DNA of 64,000 nt from Gekko japonicus. Lineage: Eukaryota. A model generated the notes under the pieces. That model was not told the origin of the DNA, did no database searches, and saw nothing but the letters and a program-made list of their open reading frames with translations. The first letter of the stretch is position 1. Every line of letters starts with the position of its first letter. Of this stretch, positions 37,228 through 45,955 are shown in pieces. The stretch is taken from positions 2,434,644-2,498,643 of the forward strand of contig NW_015165830.1 of assembly GCF_001447785.1 (NCBI RefSeq), given 5' to 3'. The position numbers and the translations under genes were made by a program.

Positions 37228-40087
37228 TAGTGTCAGAACTGCATTTCCCTCAAACCATAGCACCGCAACCGCCATCAGCAACAGAGGGGAGGAAGGGGAA
37301 GCTAAGCCCCCTCTGAAATCACCTGAACCCAAAGAGGGCCCCGCTAACCTTGCAGAGGGGCCTAAGGAAAATGATGTGAAATGGAAACAGCCATGGCTTG
37401 AGAGAGGACAGTGGGAAGCCCCGGACTCGGCTACCCCTTCCATGGGGGCCAATGGCTTCTGGTGATGGTGATCAGAAAGGGACCGTCATCGGATTTTGGG
37501 AATCTTCTGCAATGATCCCGAGCGCTCAATGGTTGCAAGAGCAGAAGTGGAAAGATGCCATCTGTAAGAGATGGAGATCGAATATGTCCCACCAGAGCTG
37601 CAGGCAGAGATCACAGAGTTGTACAGGGACACCCAGGCCACCCTGGGTGGCTTGGTGGACGTCATCCGGGATGTGCTGCAGCAGGAGCTCCGCAGCTTGC
37701 GGTTGCAGGCAGGAGGTGATGACGCTCAGACTGCCCCCCTCTGGGGAGTGAGACCCCTCCAGAACCACATCCTCCACACCCTGGTCCAGGGGCCCCCAGA
37801 GACGCTCTCAAAGCCACGTTCAACGGGACTCCAGGGAAGCTGGCATTTTTTGTGCTCTAGGTCTGGAAGTTCCTGAGGGAGTGGGGCCACACTTTTGCCT
37901 CAGATGAGTACCAAGTGGATTACCTGGGCTCACAGCGGACTGGTTTGTGGGACTGTACAACGTGGGGGGGCCAGAAGACCCGCTGGAGCAAGCCAGGACC
38001 TGACTCTGGGGACTGAAGCAAGGCAGCCAGTCTGTCAGGGAGTTCTCTGACGAATTCAAGATGTATGCGGCCAAATAGCAAGGGTGCCTGGAGGAAGTGC
38101 TCATCGAATTCTACACACCATCCTGGACAAAGCCCTGACCCAAGACAACCCTGTAACCCTAAACGGCTAAATCCACATGGCCTGTGAGGCGGAGAACCGC
38201 TGCAACCTTCTAAAGATGTACCACCCCAAGCCCTGGCAAAGGCACTGAATGGGGAGCCGAAGGGCAGCGAGGTCAACTCCAGGGGTTTGGGAGCAGAGGA
38301 TGTGGCATGGGTTGTGCCTGAAGTGTGGAACCCCTGGGCACTTTGCCGCCAATTGCCCGGGCAAGAGGAGCCCCAGTGGAGTGAAGAAAGAGGAACGCAA
38401 GGGACCGGAGAAGAGGACTAAACCACCCGGGAGTCATCCCAAGCAGCTGAGAGCCCTCCATTCGGGAGGGAGAAAGGATTTGGAAAGCATCTCATCCAGT
38501 GAGGAAGAGCTACAACAGCCAGTGGGAAAAGGCTGGGACCTTCTGTGAAGGGCACTAAATGGCAGGTCTGAAATTCTCCCACACCAGAATCGGTGAGATC
38601 CTCTTCCCTCCTATTTTACGTGACTGTGGCCAGTCCCCCCCTGCATATCCACATTTGGGTGTGCTCTCTTATTGACTCAGGGTGTACCCGAGACCTAATC
38701 AGCCTGGCTTTGGTGATAGTATTGGGGGCCAAGCTGCAAGAGTTGGAGGAGCCCCTGGTTTTCTTCCAGATGGACGGGGTACCCATGCACCGCACAGCTC
38801 ACCTACCAGTGGGAGTGGAATCCCATTGGAAGTTGAGGCCTTTCATTGTGAACCCTTCAGGTAAGTTCCCAATGGTACTGGGGAGCCCCTGGCTCAGATC
38901 TCACAACCCCTTTATCCAGTGGAGCTTAGGAACCCTGTGGTTTCTGGACCTCCGCTGCCAGGCGCATTCCTGGAACTCAGAGTGGGGGGGAGATCCGCAA
39001 CTGGTGCTGGAGCAGGTATGCCTGGCCAGAGAGGAGCTAAGTCAAATCCCCCTGGAATACAGGAACTTGTCCAAGGTATTCAAGGAGGGGGAGGGGGACA
39101 AACTCCCCCCTCATAGGAACACTGACTGTGCTATTAAGATCTTGCCTGGCCACAAAATTCCCAAGGGGAAGCTGTATTCTATGAGCCCAGCCAGAAAGGA
39201 AAAGCTGTGAAAGTTCATTGATAAGAATTTGGCCCAGAGGTTCATCTGACTGACGGCCTCACCATTTGCCGCCCTTGTACTATTCCGCAAGGAGGAAGGG
39301 GGGTTGAGACTGTGTACCAACTACTGGGGTCTGAATGCTGTGTCAATGTCCAATGCCTACCCCCTCCCATTGATAAAAGATTTGTTGGCGGAGACCGCTC
39401 AGAGCTGCATCTTCACTGAGCCCGCTTTGCGGGGAGGGCGGGGTATAAATTTGATAATAAATAAATAAGTTAGATTTGAGGGATGCCCATATCCCACCCT
39501 GAGCCTGCTCTGGGATATAAATTAAATAAATAAATACCTTTGAGTACGCAGCCAGGAGCGGGACAAACATAAAACTGCTTTCAATACCCTGCTTGGACCA
39601 TTCGAATACCTGGTAATGCCATTTGGGCTAGCAGGGGCCTCTGGAGTGTTCATGAACTTGATTAATAAAGTGTTACATAAATAGTTGTTCAAGGGGGTCC
39701 TGGTTTATCTGGATATTTTGATTTATATGAAATACAAGGACTCACACACGCAGGTGGTCAGAGAAGTACTGAAAGCCCTCTATCAGAACTGGTTGTTTGT
39801 AAAGTTGTTCAAGTGTGAGTTCCATAAAGAAGAGTTGGACTTCCTGGAGTACCGAATCTCTGGGAAAGGACTGAGCATGGACCCCCACAAAAGCAAAGAT
39901 GTATTAGGGTGGGGCCCCCCTCAGACGAGGAGACAATTACATGCATTCCTCAGGTTCGCCAATTTCCACTGCCCCTTCATCCCAAATTTTGCCCAGGTAG
40001 CCCTACCCCTCACAGACTTGTTGAAAACAAAAGGGAAGGGGTTGGAGTCTAAAAAATCATGTTGTAAAGTTACAGTGGACCCCGGAG

Positions 40088-40293
40088 CAGTGTTCCCTCT
40101 GACCTGAGTTAGTGTGAGCTAGCTCACAGTTTTTTAGCCTCCAGCTCACTCATTTTGTCTTAGCTTAGGAAGGATGCCTCCAGAGCAAACTAATTCATGC
40201 AGTAGCCAAATCACTAGCTCACAACTTTAAATGCCAGTAGCTCACAAAGTAGAATTTGTGCTCACAAGATTCCACAGTTTAGAGGGAGCATTG
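40088..40293 (+). mobile_element. hAT MITE family A inside Gypsy pol
   Basis: TSD ccccggag/ccccagag. Confidence 0.9.
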
Positions 40294-40301
40294 CCCCAGA
40301 G

Positions 40302-41312
40302 CAGGGGTTATTTTGTAGAAAAAGAGCTAAGGGAACTCATTAGCATAACTCATTAGCATATGCCACACCCCCTGACATCACCGGAAGTGTGTCATAAGGC
40401 CACACACCCCGCCCCCAACGGTCCCGGCCGCCGGCGCTGGCCTTGCAGCTCCACTGCCGAGCCCCATGAGGGGCCCGGCGGTGGACCTGCAAGGCCGGCA
40501 GGAGTGCAAGGAAGCCCCGCGAAGGCCCTCCCTGGACCCAGGCAGGCAGGGGTGGGGAGAGGCAGGGAGGAAGCAACTTACCCTCCCTCTTCTCTTGCCT
40601 CCTCCTGGCTGAATGAGGGCTGGAAGCGGGGCGGCTGGAAGCAGGGGGCAGGGCTTCGTCATGTGCCCCGCCCCCCCGTACCTCACCTGGGGGAACTGCG
40701 ATCCTCCGCGATCCCCCCCGAAATGACCTCTGGATCCAACCATTCCATACACGGAATGCAGAGTTTTCCTGTGTGCCTCTTTATCCCTGCAGCCCCTTCC
40801 AACCCCTGTGGACTGGAAGGCTGGAGTAAGGACAAGGAAGTGAAAACACTCTCTCTCTCCTCTCGCGTAGCTCCACTGGAGAAAGAGGTTGATTTCATCC
40901 CCTTGTCCATCCTCACTCCAACCCAGCAACCCTCAGTGTGTTCCTCCACCTGGACCACACAGCCTTAGGAATGATCTTTCTGGGGGCCAGAAGGGGCTGC
41001 AGGAACACAGAGCATCACAGGGAAACTCAGATGTGGAGGGTTGCATGCATGGATGGCTGGACAGATCAAAATGCATGGAACCAACAAGAGTGAGGGGCCC
41101 GGCGGTGGACCTGCAAGGCCAGCGGGAATGCAAGGAAGCCCCGCGAAGGCCCTCCCTGGCCCCAGGCAGGCAGGGGTGGGGAGAGGCAGGGAGGAAGCAA
41201 CTTACCCTCCCTCTTCTCCTGCCTCCTCCTGGCTGAATGAGGGCCGGAAGCGGGGCGGCCTGAAGCAGGGGGCGGGGCTTCGTCATGTGCCCCCCCCCCG
41301 AAATGACCTCTG
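40302..41312 (+). mobile_element. Compound non-autonomous hAT element (family B) carrying captured genomic DNA
   Basis: TIRs caggggttattt/aaatgacctctg; perfect 8-bp TSD ccccagag; unit 40302-40732 + copy of 9231-9590 + second right end 41091-41312. Confidence 0.88.
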
Positions 41313-42870
41313 CCCCAGAGTACTAACAGGCTTTCAATGGATTAAAGGCTCTGTTCACCTCTGAACCAATCTTAGCCCACCCAGACAAAAATAAACCCTT
41401 TGTGGTGCAGATGGACACATCAGATGTGGCAAGGGGGGGGGGGGCGATACCGCAACAGGGGGGGGATGGGAAACTGCACCCCCTTGCCTATGTGTTGAGG
41501 AAATTCTCTGACACCAAGAGGAATTGGGTGGTTTGGGACAAAGAGGCCGCTGCCATTAAATTGGTCCTGACTATTTGGAGATATTGGTTGGAAGAGGCCT
41601 GGGTGCCATTTGAGGTCTGGACTGACCATAAAAATCTGGAGGCTTTATGCACCCCCAGCGCCTCAATGCTAAATCAGTTATGTTGGGCAGCATTTTTCTC
41701 AAAGTTTCAGTTTCCACTTATGTACCTTCCAGGGAAGTCTAATTTTCTTGCTGACACACTCCCGCGCCTCCCACAACATGCCAGTCAGAGGAAAGAAGTC
41801 ATTGACTCTACGTTCACCCCCACTCAAATGGGGGGGGGTGCTTACCCACCATTGGGCAAAGAAGGAGGGGGCCCTCAATCCTGAACCTTGGGTGGAAAAA
41901 TTTAAAGTGGCCTTCAGTGAAGCCGACAAAGAGGATGTGGAAAAGGAGGGCACTCTGCCACAAGGAGGGAATGGGTGCTGGTATTGCCAGCATATGTTGT
42001 TTGTGCCATGTTTCCTTCAAGGGGAAATTTTGAAACCGGGACATGACGATAAACTGGCTGGCCATTATGGGTATTTAAAGACTTTACACCTCATACAGAG
42101 ACAGTTTTGGTGGCTGTGGGCTGACATCTCCCAGTATGTAGCCTCTTGCTAAGTGTGCCTAATGGGGAAAAGATGGGCTGGAAAAACTCCTGGTTAGTTG
42201 CAGGTTTTGAAACCCCCAAGAGGCCTTGGGCAGTCATTTCTATGGACTTCATAACGGATCTTCCACCCAGCAAGGGGAGAACAGTTACTTGGGTAGTGTT
42301 TGACCTTTTCTTGAAGCAAGCCCATTTCATCCCTTACAAGCAATTACCCTCCGCCAAAAAACTGGCCCAATTGTTTATGCACCATATTGTGAGACTGCAT
42401 TCAGTGCCCAGGAAAATCATCTCGGACAGGGGGTCCCAGTTCATGGCAGCATTCTGGAAGGAATTGTTAAAGCTCCTTGGGGTAGAGCAAGGACTCAGTA
42501 GTGCTTACCACTCAGAGACAGATGGCCAAACTGAGCAAACCAATCAAGTACTGGAGCAATTCTTGAGATGTTTCATTAACTATCAACAGGATAACTGGCT
42601 GGACTTGCTCCCCTATTCGGAATATAGCTACTATAACTCTATTCATAGTTTCAGGGTGGTACATGGGTATGAGGGAGCCCCTCTCCCTACAATTGGGGTG
42701 GAACCCACTGGGCCCGGAGACTTACAGACCTGGTGGTCAGAGTTGGCCCAACAGTGGACTCTTATTCAACAGGGTTTGGCCAAGGCAAAAGAGGATTACA
42801 AAGCCCAAAAGGATAAAACCAGAGCACCTGAGTGGGACCTTAACCCTGGGGACTTGGTGTACATCTCCAC

Positions 42871-43392
42871 ATGCCCCCAAGGGCACTACAGTCGGGGACG
42901 CAACATCTGTTGGTGACGCCAGGCCCCAAGAAGGCCAGGCTGGCTATTACTAGGGCCAAAGCCTTTTTGGTGGCGGCTCCTACCTGGTGGAACAAGCTCC
43001 CGGAGATCAGGGCCCTGCGGAACCTTGCACAGTTCCGCAGGGCCTGCAAGATGGAGCTCTTCCACCAGGCTTTCAAGTAGGAGCCGCCACTGCCACCACC
43101 ACCAATGAACTTGGAAACAGCGGGGTATTGGAATGGCCCATGATGATCAAACTGCGGCACTATGGCCCTGCAGACACCACTGAGTTTAAGATCTGACTAA
43201 GTATCCTCCGGCTACCATCCCTAAAATGGAAGATCATCATTTGTAACCATCTTGAAGCACTTTATTTGTATATATTGTAATTGTGTGTTTTATCTTGTTT
43301 TATATATCGGCACGCGTGCCTTGTTGTTAGCCGCCCTGAGCCCGCTTGGCGGGGAGGACAGCCTATAAATTGAATGAGAAATAAAAGAAATA
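42871..43392 (+). mobile_element. L2 LINE 3' fragment inserted in the Gypsy element
   Basis: PPRALQS..LLVTP..RAKAFLVAAPTWWNKLPEIR...FRRACKMELFHQAF is the L2 ORF2 C-terminus; gccgccctgag...aaataaa tail. Confidence 0.85.
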
Positions 43393-43437
43393 AAAAACCT
43401 GAGGGGGTTACAGCCTGGGAAAAAACTGGGATGGAAG

Positions 43438-43630
43438 CAATGCTCCCTCTAAGCTGTGTGAAGTCATGTGAGCAAAAATTGTACTTTATGAGCTACTGGC
43501 ATTAAATTTGGTTACTGCATAAATTAGTTTGCTCTGGAGCCATCTTTCCTGAGCTAAGACAAAGATGTGTGAGTTGGAGGCTAAAAAACTCTGAGCTAGC
43601 TCACACTAACTCAGCTTAGAGGGAACACTG
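43438..43630 (-). mobile_element. hAT MITE family A inside Gypsy integrase C-terminal region
   Basis: TSD gatggaag; Gypsy frame KKLGWK-YVGPF resumes across it. Confidence 0.9.
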
Positions 43631-44014
43631 GATGGAAGTATGTTGGGCCCTTTAAGGTGGTTATCAATAAATTGGCTGTGGAATTGGACTTGCCAAAGAA
43701 CGTATGAAACATTCATCCCATTTTCCATTTCAGTCTGCTGAAGAAGGATCCTGGACCCTCAAGAGGGAGATCTCGGCCTCCGGCTCCACCTCCCCTGATG
43801 GTGGATGGGGAACTCCACCAAGTGGTGGAAGAGGTTTTAGACTCTAAGATAAAATGGGGCCACCTCTACTATCTCATCAAGTGACAAGACTTTGACCCTA
43901 GTCATGATGAATGGGTCCGAAGTGATCATGTCAAAGCCCTGAGATTAGCTCAAGTGTTCCATAAAGCTCATCCTCACAAACTTGGGGGGTGAAGGACCTT
44001 TGGGGGGGGCAGAA

Positions 44015-44762
44015 TGTCAAACTCAGGCCTCGTTTGCCATATGTTTTCTTAACTGCCTTTGATGTCTATAAGCTCACTGCCTTGTCTTACTCTGGCTGGG
44101 AATTGGGGTGTGTGTGTGGAATTGCTTTGCTGAGAGTTGCACTGGCTTGTAACTGCATCCATGCGGGGCCTCCCTTTGAAGAAGAAGAGAAGAGATTGGA
44201 TTTATACCCCGCCCTTCACTTGGAGTCTCAGAGCGGCTTACAAACTCCTTTCCCTTCCCCTCCCCACAACAGACACCCTGTGAGGTGGGTGGGGCTGAGA
44301 GAACTCTGACACAAACTGCTCTTTTCCAAGTACAGCTGTGCCAGAGCTTGTGACTGACCCAAGGTCACATCAGCAGGTGCAAGTGGAGTGGGGAATCAAA
44401 CCCGGTTCTCCCAGATTAGAGTCCGCACACTTAACCACTATACCAGACTGGCTCTCTTTGCTAGGAAGTATCCGTGCATGACCTTGAATACCAGGTGCTG
44501 GTACCAGACACTGCTAGATAATGTAACTGTAGATTTGCAGGTGTTGGAGGAGGACTGATGGTGCACCGTAGATTTTGGCAGGCTGGATATCTGGGTGTGA
44601 TTGGTTTGGTCACTAGGAGGGGATTGTTTGAATTATGTATAATTGGGGAACTGGTGCCAAGGGGTCAGTTCTGACACAGATTCATCTATGCTTGAAACCT
44701 CTTTACCTCTCAACAAATCACTGCCAAGAGTGTGTTGGGAGTGAGTTCTTCAAGACCTGACA
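44015..44762 (+). repeat. 3' LTR of Gypsy element, interrupted by a SINE
   Basis: Matches the 5' LTR apart from a SINE insert at ~44179-44453. Confidence 0.93.
44179..44453 (-). mobile_element. Squam3-like tRNA-derived SINE in the 3' LTR
   Basis: Head gagccagtctggtatagtggttaag (A box), gggtttgattccc (B box), (CTT)n tail, TSD ctc(c/t)ctttg. Confidence 0.85.
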
Positions 44763-45713
44763 GGTAACAGCAACTTAAGAGCAGTACGTGGATTTTATGG
44801 AGCTAAATCTTTGAGGGTATTTCTTTTCTGAAGACCTTTTGAAAATGGGTATACAGTGGCTTAATATAACACAAATATCAGTGTCTCCCTTATGCTGCAT
44901 TCTTGTTATCTATCTCCTTGGATTTTTACCTTGTTCAAATCCTATGCATGTTTACCCTGAGATCTCACTAAGTTCAATAGGATTTCCATCCTAGTTAAGT
45001 CTGTTTCGAGGGAAATTCAGAATCATAGAGTTGGAAGGGGCCATACAGACCATTTAGTCCAATCCCCTGCCCAATACAGAACCAGCCTAAGGCATCTCTG
45101 ACAAATATTCATCCAGCTTTCTATCTTTGATAGCTAAAACTGTAAAGTAATTAGACAAGTTTGACTGAGATAGCTGCCTGCACAAGTTGGTTTTCCTAGC
45201 TTGTTTGATGTTTGAACAATAAGATTTATGATTCATACACCAAGCTTATGAGTAAAAATATATATTGATAACGTCTTACCACCTCAATTCCATGGGCAAC
45301 TCAGCCATCCCACATAGTGTTTGGTCCCTACAGCAATACAACATTAAAGATTTTATACAAAATTTTCTTAAAAGATGACAAATAGGTAACCTCACAGAGC
45401 AAGGCTAGATATTAAGCATATAGGCCCTCCTTGTTCTTCTTTAGGCAAGTAGCCTGTGTTTTGTAGCCCAGAAAATGCTCTTCTATAGAGAAAGGAAATG
45501 GCAACAAGTTCTCATTAGCCACAGCAGCTGCAGGGGAGGGGTACCGGGCAGTGATTCTGTTCTGTTTGAAGGGGGCCACCAAAGCCAATGCTGAATGACT
45601 AAAGGCAATTTTCACCAAAACACAATTCCATAGGAATTCTGGCTGTACTGATATAGAAACAGTCGAAAGAGATGCTGACAGTGGAAGAGTCCTTCAGGGC
45701 TGAGCCAACATTA

Positions 45714-45955
45714 CTACTCCTGTGAGTTTGGCCGCAGGACATTCTGCATGATTCTGTGACTTTGCAAAACAGCGAGTGCGTCTTCATAGAGCATGTTCAC
45801 ACTGATGCACACAGGTTTGTGCTGCAGATCGGTAACCTTGCAAATAGCCAAAGTACTGAGGGCAGTTAACAGCAGGAACAGCAGCATCTTCAGCAGGATT
45901 CCAGACCAGGAACGTTTGTTTTGAGGCTGCTTTGATGAATGGGAAACTGAGAATT
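45714..45955 (-). CDS. LRRC59: LRRC59 coding exon 7 (last, TM segment)
   Basis: ...[48 protein letters not shown]...RPNSQE*. Confidence 0.94.

Larger units (their letters stand above)
36749..44762 (+). mobile_element. Decayed full-length Gypsy/Ty3 LTR retrotransposon, chromovirus (Tf1/sushi) group
   Basis: TG...CA LTRs 36749-37227 and 44015-44762; 5-bp TSD GGTAA (36744-36748 / 44763-44767); PPT 44002-44014; gag CCHC CLKCGTPGHFAANC; protease LIDSG; RT ([16 protein letters not shown]); RNase H; integrase (ISMDFIT, IISDRGSQF, DGQTE); GPF module and chromodomain (VEEVLDSK...YLIK*QDFDPSHDEW) ~43640-43980; many stops and frameshifts. Confidence 0.96.

Noticed and set aside
37398-43980. Gypsy gag/pol as a domesticated gene (PEG10/RTL-like)
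   Set aside because: Multiple stops and frameshifts, one catalytic Asp of YLDD missing, several nested insertions, and both LTRs plus TSD retained: a decaying insertion.
31904-44851. Inverted repeats as breakpoints of a real inversion
   Set aside because: The last EME1 exon between them is in the correct orientation and the Gypsy TSD is intact on both sides.
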